Shown piece after piece: positions 35,747 through 43,903 of a stretch of 43,903 bases of DNA (the stretch's first letter is position 1; every line of letters starts with the position of its first letter). Source of the stretch: a virus (taxonomy: Duplodnaviria > Caudoviricetes); the IMG/VR virus record IMGVR_UViG_3300024186_000005, positions 1-43,903 of that record. One strand, given 5' to 3'. The notes beneath the pieces are model-generated. The model had not been told where the DNA came from. It saw only the letters and a program-made list of their open reading frames with translations, and searched no databases. Made by a program: the position numbers and the translations under genes.

Positions 35747-38094
35747 GTCTGCCCCGTCCTTGCTCGGCCTGTACGCAAATCATAGAGTGCCTTCACATGC
35801 ACAATCTTTATCTGTGGCAAACCGCTTACATTGACGTTCGTAAGCATTCCTTTCAGTCTCCAGGAGAAATTCTGCATCTTGCGGGAAGCGGTTGATTGAA
35901 CTGGACGGACAACCCTTTGCAGGCCAGTAGTTGAGATCGCTGGCAATACTTCGCTGCTATTTCCTCCATCGTAGTAAACAGTGGGTGTCAGCGATTGGCC
36001 GTTGGTGTTGAGATAAAATTCCAAGGCCCACAATGCCTTGTTAGACCCTCGCTGGAAATCCTGATAGCCGTGCTGGAAATCGAAAAGAACAGGAAGCCCA
36101 TTGCCATCAGCCGCAGTCCAATCATCGTAGAGATGTATGAATCCAACATCATCGCCTCTATAAACGAAACCTGTAACCGGGTCTATGGTCAGAGAAAGCT
36201 GGTTGAATCCTGAAGGAATCCGGGACGTGATGTTGCCGTGCTTCACATCGAACAGCAGCATCATGTTGTTCACAGTGTGGAAAATGTCGGCATACGCGAA
36301 GTAGTACTTCTCGCTGTTGCCGATGCCTTCAAAGACGGTTGGTATCTGTGGGTCAAGGATATTGGGTGGAGGGAAATACCCTCCAATGACAGTTCCGCTT
36401 AAATCCAACTGCTTAAACCACGGGTCCAGCTTTGTAGTCAGCGGCTGGCTGGTATAGCCATTGAATCCCCACAGCCCGTAGCGGTTGGCGAAGATAACCT
36501 TGTCCGGCAATGCCTCTACTGTGAACGGCTCATCTGTTCCAACTGAGGAAGGTGTCTGGCTGAGATCGAACGAGCTTTCATCGGTACCAGTCAGCCTCCA
36601 GATGGAATCCGTCTTGATGATGATTAGCTCACCGAAGATGGACACAATCCTGCTGATGGGCTTTGAATCTCCAACATCAAAGGCATTCACTACCGGATAG
36701 GCAAAAGCATCCAGCGGCTTAGACCAGATGATTTGATTCGGCTGGGTCTGGTTTATCCAGAATAGACGGTCATAGTGATAGCAAGGGAATCGAACCTGCT
36801 GGTTGCCAAGCCTGGTATTCGGGAAGTCTCCAGGAACATCTCCAGCCAGAATGACGCCTTCAGTGAGCGCCGCGATGTCCGTAACATTGTCGAGGAAGGT
36901 TGTGGATAGATTATCCTGAAGGCTGCCCACCAAGTAGTAGAGCGTCAGCCCTGTGTTCGCTGCATATCCCTTGCGGTAAATGTTCCTGCCGGTTGTCCGC
37001 GCATCTCCAATTGGGATTGCGGTAAGCGTTCCATACTGGCTGGAAAGGGTGGAAGTGTTTGTGGGAGAACTTCCATCGCTCTCTTCTCCGTTGGCAGCAA
37101 CAAAGGTGACTTTCCAACTATAGGTTCCGGTTAGTGTGCCTACGCCCGCTGGGGCAGCGACTGTGCCGGATGCAAACTGGGTAATGGTAAAACGACAATT
37201 TTTCAGAGAGATGTTAACCAAAACAGTCGCAATGGCGCTGGCCGTGAATTGCACTCCAAAATTAGCTGCATTGATCTGCGCCGGTGTGAGCGATAGGCCC
37301 CACAAGGAAGAAGAGTTTCCGAACTGTACAGTTCCAGTGCCGGAATGAATGTTTACGTTTTTGGTCTGGCCCGTGGGAGTTCCATTGACATATAGAGTTG
37401 CGTTAACAAAGCCCGCCGTCTGGAATCCGTGGTCTAGGCCCATGTTGTAATCTACGTTTACGGTTACTCCGAGAATCGCTGAGGTTCCCAAAGCGAAGCC
37501 TGGATTCAGAGCTAGTAATTGTGCGCTGGTTGAAACTTCTGTAATCAGAGTAACGGTAGCGTATGAACTAGGGGATGCGATGCCCGATGGCGATACCCAA
37601 GGCTGCCCCAGTGCTCCCGTTGCGCTTCCAGTCTGTACCCGCGTGGGGCCTGTCGTTCCGCCTCCCGCTGAGGCTGGGGGTGCCCAATCCACAAGTAGGA
37701 GATTATTCATGTCGGTCCAGTAGCCGACACTTCCAACATCAAAATAGATTCGTCCGGGAGCCGATTCAAAGGACATCTTCTGCTGGTTGGGATTCTGGCC
37801 AACGAGTTTAGCGGACATATTTCCCAACGTGGGACCAGTAAATACGTCCTGCCCAACTCCCGCAATGCCGCCAAGCGAAGGATTCAGAAACAAGGAATGG
37901 ATGGCAGTATTTCCCAAACTGTCGGCATAGGAAGCGGTATTCTGTACCGTATAGGCTCCCGCGCTCTGGATGTCGCCAGTTACATCCAAGCGGCAATTCT
38001 GAGCCAGCAGGCATTCCTTGGGGTCAAGCTTATCTACTCCTGCTAAAGTACTCATGCCCCCAGAGAAATCTGAAAGTATCTTCTCCTCGCTCAA
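35743..38094 (-). CDS. Tail nozzle/tubular protein with inserted beta domain
   Basis: DFSGGM..D.L...EC..AQN start; beta-propeller-like RLFW..QIIWS, LIIIKTDSIW; TTGA-coupled start (track start 38109). Confidence 0.78.
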   Translation of the reverse strand: MSEEKILSDFSGGMSTLAGVDKLDPKECLLAQNCRLDVTGDIQSAGAYTVQNTASYADSLGNTAIHSLFLNPSLGGIAGVGQDVFTGPTLGNMSAKLVGQNPNQQKMSFESAPGRIYFDVGSVGYWTDMNNLLLVDWAPPASAGGGTTGPTRVQTGSATGALGQPWVSPSGIASPSSYATVTLITEVSTSAQLLALNPGFALGTSAILGVTVNVDYNMGLDHGFQTAGFVNATLYVNGTPTGQTKNVNIHSGTGTVQFGNSSSLWGLSLTPAQINAANFGVQFTASAIATVLVNISLKNCRFTITQFASGTVAAPAGVGTLTGTYSWKVTFVAANGEESDGSSPTNTSTLSSQYGTLTAIPIGDARTTGRNIYRKGYAANTGLTLYYLVGSLQDNLSTTFLDNVTDIAALTEGVILAGDVPGDFPNTRLGNQQVRFPCYHYDRLFWINQTQPNQIIWSKPLDAFAYPVVNAFDVGDSKPISRIVSIFGELIIIKTDSIWRLTGTDESSFDLSQTPSSVGTDEPFTVEALPDKVIFANRYGLWGFNGYTSQPLTTKLDPWFKQLDLSGTVIGGYFPPPNILDPQIPTVFEGIGNSEKYYFAYADIFHTVNNMMLLFDVKHGNITSRIPSGFNQLSLTIDPVTGFVYRGDDVGFIHLYDDWTAADGNGLPVLFDFQHGYQDFQRGSNKALWALEFYLNTNGQSLTPTVYYDGGNSSEVLPAISTTGLQRVVRPVQSTASRKMQNFSWRLKGMLTNVNVSGLPQIKIVHVKALYDLRTGRARTGQT

Positions 38095-38345
38095 GCTATC
38101 GCTACCCACCCAGACGTTGTTGAACCACCGCTGCTTTTAAGGTAAAGCGTGGTCCCTGGTGCTCCGTCAGTTCTCAGGAAAATACATCCCTGCCCCACGG
38201 CCAGGACGGGAACACCTGTGCCGGTAAACAACGGAACCAGCGTCATAGTCTGTGTTCCGCCTGTCGAAGTGGCGCGGGTGAATGTTCCGCTCCCTGCGTT
38301 CAAATCTTCCATGCCAATCAAGCCTTTGGTGATAATCCTAGCCAT
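38091..38345 (-). CDS. Minimal fibre-stub/knob protein (84 aa)
   Basis: C-terminal GTGVP...GCIFLRTDG..GTTLYLK....GWVA resembles tailspike terminal knob motifs. Confidence 0.7.
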   Translation of the reverse strand: MARIITKGLIGMEDLNAGSGTFTRATSTGGTQTMTLVPLFTGTGVPVLAVGQGCIFLRTDGAPGTTLYLKSSGGSTTSGWVAIA

Positions 38346-39054
38346 TGTAGTAACGCCTCGAATTCCTGAATGCTCTTACTGATGGGTTGGCCTGCGAGCG
38401 GTCAAAGCTGCGGCCTGGAACTAAAACCGTTGGCCTGTCCTGCATCTGGTGGCGGGTCAATTCGAGCACGGAAGTCAGCCGTTGCTTGTACTCGTTTTTA
38501 AAATTATTGGCCTTTTGCATGTCGCTCTTGAGCATCGCCAGATAGGAAGCCTGTATAGAAATGAGGCGTTGGGCAATCAAGGGAAGCGCTGTAGTATCCG
38601 TGTTGTTGAACATGTTCGTAGGTAGCGGAACGTAGTGAAGCGTTACATTGGTTGCGAGCGATGGCGCTGGCCAGAGAATAAACTGGTTGTAGCTGAACGG
38701 CACAAACCCCTGCGATTGGTTGGAACTGTCCTTCTCCCACTCGTACATGCCGCCATATTGCTTATCGAGCGAAAGCAGAAACGAAGGGAATAGCCGCAAA
38801 TTGCCCCAGATGGCAGGCCCATACATATAGTGCGGCGTGAGCATGTCGGCTGGAAAGTTATAGTAGGAAACATTGGCGGCTACCGAGATCGGAACATCTG
38901 TAAGCAGGATGCGGGAATCCATCACCACTTTCAGGTAGGCGTGATTGATGTAGTTTGTTAGCTCAGGCGTAGACCACAGGCCATCATTCGAGTTCTCGTT
39001 GAGCCTTAACTTTACTTCGGTTAGGAAATCCTGTAGGGCATAGTTCTGTATCAT
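38338..39054 (-). CDS. Head-tail adaptor protein 2
   Basis: WSTPELTNYINHAY, YNFPAD, ILWPAP, DTTALP motifs. Confidence 0.75.
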   Translation of the reverse strand: MIQNYALQDFLTEVKLRLNENSNDGLWSTPELTNYINHAYLKVVMDSRILLTDVPISVAANVSYYNFPADMLTPHYMYGPAIWGNLRLFPSFLLSLDKQYGGMYEWEKDSSNQSQGFVPFSYNQFILWPAPSLATNVTLHYVPLPTNMFNNTDTTALPLIAQRLISIQASYLAMLKSDMQKANNFKNEYKQRLTSVLELTRHQMQDRPTVLVPGRSFDRSQANPSVRAFRNSRRYYNG

Positions 39055-40016
39055 CAGTAGCTTGGCTGCAAATCAATCTGCATCGGGTAGCCGATCGCAT
39101 TGAGTCTCTTGGCGAACAGGCTTCCATTCTCGAAAGGTTCCAAAGAACGAACTCTGGTAGCCCACCAACGCGCCTTATTTTCAAGTACCGATTCCATCCA
39201 ATCGCCGTAGGCTGCAAACCATCCTTGCGCCAACTGCAAGTCCTGGAACTCACCCTCCCGCACAAAGCATTTCATCAACGCGTAGAGAACCAGAGCAAAG
39301 TGGCATTGGATAGGAAGCTGTGGGGTGTCTATATCCAGAACCATCGTGTCCGGGTAGGCGACATACGCAACGCCGATATTGAGTTCATCGGTGGAATAGA
39401 GAATCAGTTCTCCGAACTCCTGCGAGGTAGTTGTAAAGGGATTTTCTACCACATCCGGCCTGAAGATGATGATGGCTCCGTTCGTGTCAGCTACGCCAAT
39501 GACAATTCCCAATTCCTGCGAGAAGGCATAGCCGTTATCCGGTGTCACCCCATCAGCCAGCAGAAAGGCCGTGACAACTCCCGTTTCTTGCGAGAAGGGA
39601 GCATATTGGAATCCATCCTGAGCCGGTGTGGGATAAGGCGCAATCTGGAATTGCTGGCCCATCTGCGGGAAGTAGAACCTGTAAGGATTTTTATTAGGTA
39701 CTGCTTGCCGCCAGCTAGGATCATCGCGGTCCAGTTCGTATTCATTTGTCTGTGGCAGGAAATCCCTATCCCAAGTAAACCGCACATACTGGTAAGCATC
39801 AGGCGGCCCTGTATAGGTTGAGACGGAGGAAGTACAAACCACGTTGCTGAACTTCTGCAAGAACTCTGTTACCTGCTGCGTATAAAGCACACCCTCATTG
39901 ATGTAACCGTTGATTTCAGCCACAGACCATGAAAGTGAGTTCGGATCGGAGGACGTATTCATCAAATACGTTTCAACCTGAGAACGAATGGTTCCTAGAT
40001 TAAGAGATTCGCTCAC
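39054..40016 (-). CDS. Head-tail adaptor protein 1 with internal repeat insertion
   Basis: WSVAEINGYINEG, ELDRDDPSWR, PYPTP, DTPQLP..CHFALVLYA. Confidence 0.75.
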   Translation of the reverse strand: MSESLNLGTIRSQVETYLMNTSSDPNSLSWSVAEINGYINEGVLYTQQVTEFLQKFSNVVCTSSVSTYTGPPDAYQYVRFTWDRDFLPQTNEYELDRDDPSWRQAVPNKNPYRFYFPQMGQQFQIAPYPTPAQDGFQYAPFSQETGVVTAFLLADGVTPDNGYAFSQELGIVIGVADTNGAIIIFRPDVVENPFTTTSQEFGELILYSTDELNIGVAYVAYPDTMVLDIDTPQLPIQCHFALVLYALMKCFVREGEFQDLQLAQGWFAAYGDWMESVLENKARWWATRVRSLEPFENGSLFAKRLNAIGYPMQIDLQPSY

Positions 40017-41790
40017 GGTTGGATTTCCACTTCTCGTAGACTTCGTTAATGCGTGCCAGCACCTTCTGGGGCTTGAGCCTGGTAGTGCAGAGAGGCGAAG
40101 GAACCCCTACTCCGCGCTCATCAACCGAACCCGGCACTACTTCGTAGGGACAAGTCCACATCCCGCCCATACCTTTGGGAATTCCTTCGCCCTTTATTTC
40201 GTGCGCCGTACCCTTGCAGGTAGGGCACTCGCCATTAACCGCATGGATGTAATGCAGGACGTGGCAGGGATGGCAGAAAACATCATTTGTATCTGGATGG
40301 ACACAGTAGTCATTCTCCCAGTACTTGCATAGGTTTTCATGGCTAGAATGGGACAGGAAGGTAATCTTGGGCGTTGGAAAGCATCCCGCCGCGTTGAGAA
40401 TTCCCGTTTCAGGGCCGATTACCAGGTCAACGTACTTCGTCATCACCATTGAAGTTCTTAGTTGCCACCTGCCTGCACGCGGTAAGTAACGATTAGACTC
40501 CGAACGCTCCAGCAAGGCGCATTCCGGGTCTCCAACACTAATGAGAAGTATGTCGGGATTTTTGATAACCAACTCTTGCGCGATCTGTTGAAAATAAGGG
40601 TAGCGTTTATGGTAGCTGGACCCGCTGAGACACCACATGACAATGAATCGCCCAGGATAGCGGTCCCTGAAACCCTGAGCCATGATTTCTTCTTGTTCGG
40701 AAAAGAAAAGCTCGCCATTCATTCCCCGATCTGCGTAACCCGCTTTGGCTAGATGGTTGTCATAGTAGTTTGTATCGCCTACCTGGGCACGGATGGCCCG
40801 GATAGCGTTATAGACTTTGCTTTCCTCAGTCAGCTCAGGATGCTTCTCGCCAATCTGCTTTATCATCATCAGCATGCGAGAGTCTGGAATTAGCAGCGTT
40901 TCTTCCGCCGAGCCAGTTAGGTTTACAAACTTGTCGTATTTCGAGCCTAGCTCATTCCAGTACTCCCACAATGGCCCGGTACCAATACCCTTGTTCTCTA
41001 CATGGTCTTTAATCTGGACGGCTATCTCATCGACATAGGGACAGTACTTTGTGACCTCGCGGCCTACTTCAGAGCAGTTAAGGGTGACGTGATATCCCTC
41101 TGATTTGAGCTTTTTGAGCACAGGCATCGTTTGGATAAAATCTCCAATGGCTCCATATCGCACGACGAGCGCACGCTTTCCTTCAACTCCTGCTGCAATC
41201 CCTTTGACTGGAGAATTTCCCGAAGCCAGCTTGCGGTAAACCTGAAAGAAGGAATACTCATCCTTTTCTCCCCGTATCTCATCGGCCAAAATCTCGGCAT
41301 GGCCGATCTTGGCTATCGCATCCCTGATTTCCTGTGGGTTGAAATCCCGTTGGTGGCAGACGTTGGCTCCCTTTTCCCCGATGTTGGGATAGAATCTTTC
41401 CCAGTCATCGCGCCCCATCTCCTTTGCCACTTTGCGGGTCAGTGGCAGATAGAGGATTAGATTTCCTCCAGGCTTGATGAGCCTCCACCATTCCCTAAGA
41501 ACTGCCTCATGGTAGGGCATGTCCTCCAGCGTGTGGCTTGAATACACGTAGTCAAACGACTCATTCGTGAGCATCGTAAGATTGGCAACGTCAGCGATAA
41601 TATCCGCTTCTTTGCAGGCCATCATGGAGTGACCGCCATCAATCCCAAGACAGCTATAGGAAGGCGTCTTTTCTACCTTCAGCTTCCAGCAGCCACAACC
41701 CAAGTCCAGTCCATGCCCGAATATGAAAGGCGTCAGCCTGTCTTTGATCTTCCTTGTTTCGTTGCCTTCGCTTAAATCCTCGCGCCACAT
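40000..41790 (-). CDS. SAM methyltransferase - glycosyltransferase family 9 fusion
   Basis: N-half: LDLGCG, FDYVYSSHTLED, WRLIKPGGNL. C-half: VVRYGAIGD, DLVIGPETGILNAAG, CHPC...CPTC...WTCP...LC. Confidence 0.88.
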   Translation of the reverse strand: MWREDLSEGNETRKIKDRLTPFIFGHGLDLGCGCWKLKVEKTPSYSCLGIDGGHSMMACKEADIIADVANLTMLTNESFDYVYSSHTLEDMPYHEAVLREWWRLIKPGGNLILYLPLTRKVAKEMGRDDWERFYPNIGEKGANVCHQRDFNPQEIRDAIAKIGHAEILADEIRGEKDEYSFFQVYRKLASGNSPVKGIAAGVEGKRALVVRYGAIGDFIQTMPVLKKLKSEGYHVTLNCSEVGREVTKYCPYVDEIAVQIKDHVENKGIGTGPLWEYWNELGSKYDKFVNLTGSAEETLLIPDSRMLMMIKQIGEKHPELTEESKVYNAIRAIRAQVGDTNYYDNHLAKAGYADRGMNGELFFSEQEEIMAQGFRDRYPGRFIVMWCLSGSSYHKRYPYFQQIAQELVIKNPDILLISVGDPECALLERSESNRYLPRAGRWQLRTSMVMTKYVDLVIGPETGILNAAGCFPTPKITFLSHSSHENLCKYWENDYCVHPDTNDVFCHPCHVLHYIHAVNGECPTCKGTAHEIKGEGIPKGMGGMWTCPYEVVPGSVDERGVGVPSPLCTTRLKPQKVLARINEVYEKWKSNRERIS

Positions 41791-42299
41791 TATTGGATTC
41801 TTATTCTCCTTTCGCCTTCAAGTATCTTGATGGGGTCTACAAGCACCAAACGGCCCAAGTCGTATCTCAAATGGTAAAGAGGGATTTGTTTGCTCATGGG
41901 AGCGGGCCAATGGCTCGAATTTACCCGCAGCATAATCATCGTGAACTTGGAACTGACTTCGATACCGTCAAGCTCGGAATCAAGTGGCAACAACCCGTCC
42001 GCCAGTTGCACCAACATTGCAAAGAACTGGTTAGGCTTCAGGGAAAAACAGTGCATGGATGGATTACTGATGGAGGTAAAGAAGAACTGAATCTGCGAGT
42101 CAATCCCGGCATCCTCAATGCCAATACCCTTGAACTCGGCATCTTTTGGCAGTGGGATTCCAGGTTGCGTGTCATGGAAAAGCGAAAGAATCTGCTCGGG
42201 ACGGATAATGAATCCCCGGCTGTACTTTGCCCCATTGACAATGGAAGAGCGGCCCGAAACTTTAGCGTTGAACTTCTTGAGTTCTCCGTTTTGGTTCAC
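41790..42299 (-). CDS. Hypothetical protein with internal duplication
   Basis: GGAG RBS; two F-x-x-x-P-x-Q...LP-x-D-x-E-x-x-GI units. Confidence 0.72.
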   Translation of the reverse strand: MNQNGELKKFNAKVSGRSSIVNGAKYSRGFIIRPEQILSLFHDTQPGIPLPKDAEFKGIGIEDAGIDSQIQFFFTSISNPSMHCFSLKPNQFFAMLVQLADGLLPLDSELDGIEVSSKFTMIMLRVNSSHWPAPMSKQIPLYHLRYDLGRLVLVDPIKILEGERRIRIQ

Positions 42300-42314
42300 A
42301 AGCCGCTCCGATTT

Positions 42315-42722
42315 TTAAGTGAATTGTGGCGCTACGCTCAGAAGGAACGAAGTCCCGCCAAGTGTTTGTGTAGCGTTGGCCGTGCCCGTAGCCACAAGGC
42401 CAAGGGTGATACCCGAGTTGCCCGGTAGGGCAATCGGAGGACTGAAAGTGCTGTACGCGCAGGAAGCAGAAGATTGCGCATAAGCGTTGTTGCCCGTTGA
42501 GGTTGTGGTGCCAACGATTACGTAGGGCTTGACACCTGCCGGGAAAGCGGAAGGCGTGGCCGTCACGTAGCCCGTAATACCTACGAGCCAGGTTGGTTCA
42601 CCAACAACGATAACGCCGCTAACGGTGGTTCCCGGAGCGATTGCACCGGAAGCCGTCATCACGACGTTTTGGGCTGCCAAGCTGGAAGTGCCTAGATAAC
42701 TGCGTACTCCATCGTATGCCAT
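42315..42722 (-). CDS. Capsid decoration/cement protein candidate
   Basis: All-beta, Thr/Ala/Gly-rich 135 aa immediately after the capsid gene. Confidence 0.65.
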   Translation of the reverse strand: MAYDGVRSYLGTSSLAAQNVVMTASGAIAPGTTVSGVIVVGEPTWLVGITGYVTATPSAFPAGVKPYVIVGTTTSTGNNAYAQSSASCAYSTFSPPIALPGNSGITLGLVATGTANATQTLGGTSFLLSVAPQFT

Positions 42723-42737
42723 AAGGTTTCGCTTTCA

Positions 42738-43694
42738 TCACTTGGAAGTGATGTGGGCAATCCTTTCCGAACCATCCGTTACCTGGTTCCAAATCTTCTG
42801 GAAGCCGAGCAAGGCATACCATGCAATGCCTTGCGAGCGCCCGTAGTCGGTCGGCACTTTCTCGCGCAACTCTTCCGGGATCGCTACGCCTTCCATGACC
42901 GCATCGAAGCCGATTGCAATAGCTTCGCCAGCCGTGAGAGTCGTTCCGGGTGCGTTTGAAAGCAGGTTGGTTTCTTCGACAAAGCGTCCCATGTAGTAGC
43001 GCCCCGCTTCTCCGCGATAGAGATACTCGGAGAGAGTGTCGCTGTACTTGGTAACGTCAACGAAGCCGCCCGTCTGCGTATCAGAGAAGAAGCCCGAAAG
43101 CGCCTGGACGGAGCAAATAACCACATAGCTCTGCCCATCGTAGAACGGGATATTCTTCTTCCGCATGTCGTCGCAGATGGCCCGCCAGTTGGTGCCGTTG
43201 AGGTTGGAGCTGGCTGTGGTGGAAGCCGTTCCATTGGTTGTGATGTTGACGCTGTTCGATACGGTGCAAACATACGTCAAATCCGCACTCTGGAACTGCA
43301 CACCGGCAACGGAATCAAGCGTGATCGCCATGTCATTCATCAGCGATTGCACAACCGAGTTATCAACATCGAGTTCGGAGAGTGCAACTAGCTGATTGGT
43401 GAAGGCAATGGCGTTCGCGTATTCCTGAATGGTCAGCGTGCCCTGGTTGATCGTGAAGTTTGTTTCTGGAATGGTGGCCGTTTCGGTCAATCCGGAAGTC
43501 GAAGCGGCGGCGGCGACGGGCTGCAACTTATCGAAAAATACCTTGTTGCCTCGCCGTGCTCCCTTGGCTCCCTTGATTTGAACGAACTGGCGAAACCGCT
43601 TGAGCGGCTGCGCCTTGATACGTAGCTGGAGCGAGAGTTCATTGTTGGTGAAGAACCCGCCCAAGCTATTCGTGCCGAATAATTGGCTCGGCAT
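42738..43694 (-). CDS. Major capsid protein (HK97 fold, N4-gp56-like)
   Basis: AAGGAG RBS; AQPLKRFRQF, LTETATIPE, QEYANAI, GEAGRYYMGRFVE, DYGR..GIAWYALLG; follows the scaffold. Confidence 0.9.
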   Translation of the reverse strand: MPSQLFGTNSLGGFFTNNELSLQLRIKAQPLKRFRQFVQIKGAKGARRGNKVFFDKLQPVAAAASTSGLTETATIPETNFTINQGTLTIQEYANAIAFTNQLVALSELDVDNSVVQSLMNDMAITLDSVAGVQFQSADLTYVCTVSNSVNITTNGTASTTASSNLNGTNWRAICDDMRKKNIPFYDGQSYVVICSVQALSGFFSDTQTGGFVDVTKYSDTLSEYLYRGEAGRYYMGRFVEETNLLSNAPGTTLTAGEAIAIGFDAVMEGVAIPEELREKVPTDYGRSQGIAWYALLGFQKIWNQVTDGSERIAHITSK

Positions 43695-43719
43695 GGCTAG
43701 CTCCTTTCACTGACAAGTC

Positions 43720-43766
43720 TTACCGGCGTAATCCTCGGTGAGACTTCTGCTCTTGTTCCTTCAGCA
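43720..43766 (-). CDS. Capsid scaffolding protein, 3' end (...MLKEQEQKSHRGLRR*)
   Basis: In frame with 1-934 after circularisation (934+47=981 nt); TAA at 43720-43722. Confidence 0.85.
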
Positions 43767-43903
43767 TGCGCATGTGCAAGTCGAATGCACTTTCTGCGGT
43801 CAGCGGAGCCTTACCAGAAGGTTGTTCCGTCGTTGCTGCTGGTGTGCTGCTGAGAAGCGGGATTGTCCGCGTCTCTTGTGTGAGCGCTTCCTGGCACCCT
43901 CAG
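43767..43903. repeat. Terminal direct repeat, right copy
   Basis: Matches 1-138 with one T missing. Confidence 0.95.

Noticed and set aside
40000-41790. DNA hypermodification role for the glycosyltransferase
   Set aside because: No base hydroxylase/hydroxymethylase or nucleotide-metabolism genes; the location is structural. Not excluded, but less likely.

Overview
The window is an apparently complete, circularly assembled tailed-phage genome of about 43,766 bp. Positions 1-138 recur at 43767-43903 with a 1-nt indel, and the scaffold ORF reads across the junction. Almost all genes are on the minus strand. The head/packaging module is terS, terL, a SAM methyltransferase, portal, small head-associated ORFs, scaffold and major capsid protein. 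It is followed by a podovirus-like tail module (two paralogous adaptors, nozzle, ejection proteins; no tape measure or sheath) containing a methyltransferase-GT9 glycosyltransferase fusion. Next come four fibre/spike-like proteins that all carry Sec-type signal peptides, then a lysis cassette with a Tlde1/DUF2778-like peptidoglycan enzyme, small membrane proteins and a lipoprotein. The lambdoid-style early/middle region has an XRE HTH, Erf, an O-like initiator with iterons, a P-like loader, HNH, and MT-A70 and C5-like methylases, plus a small divergent plus-strand operon. I saw no integrase, polymerase, tRNA, CRISPR array or reverse transcriptase. The host is probably diderm (lipoprotein, GT9); Acidobacteriota is only a guess from protein style. 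The best candidate novel system is exported, disulfide-rich and possibly glycosylated receptor-binding fibres that would have to join the virion after export. All family calls come from motif recognition by eye, not database searches.
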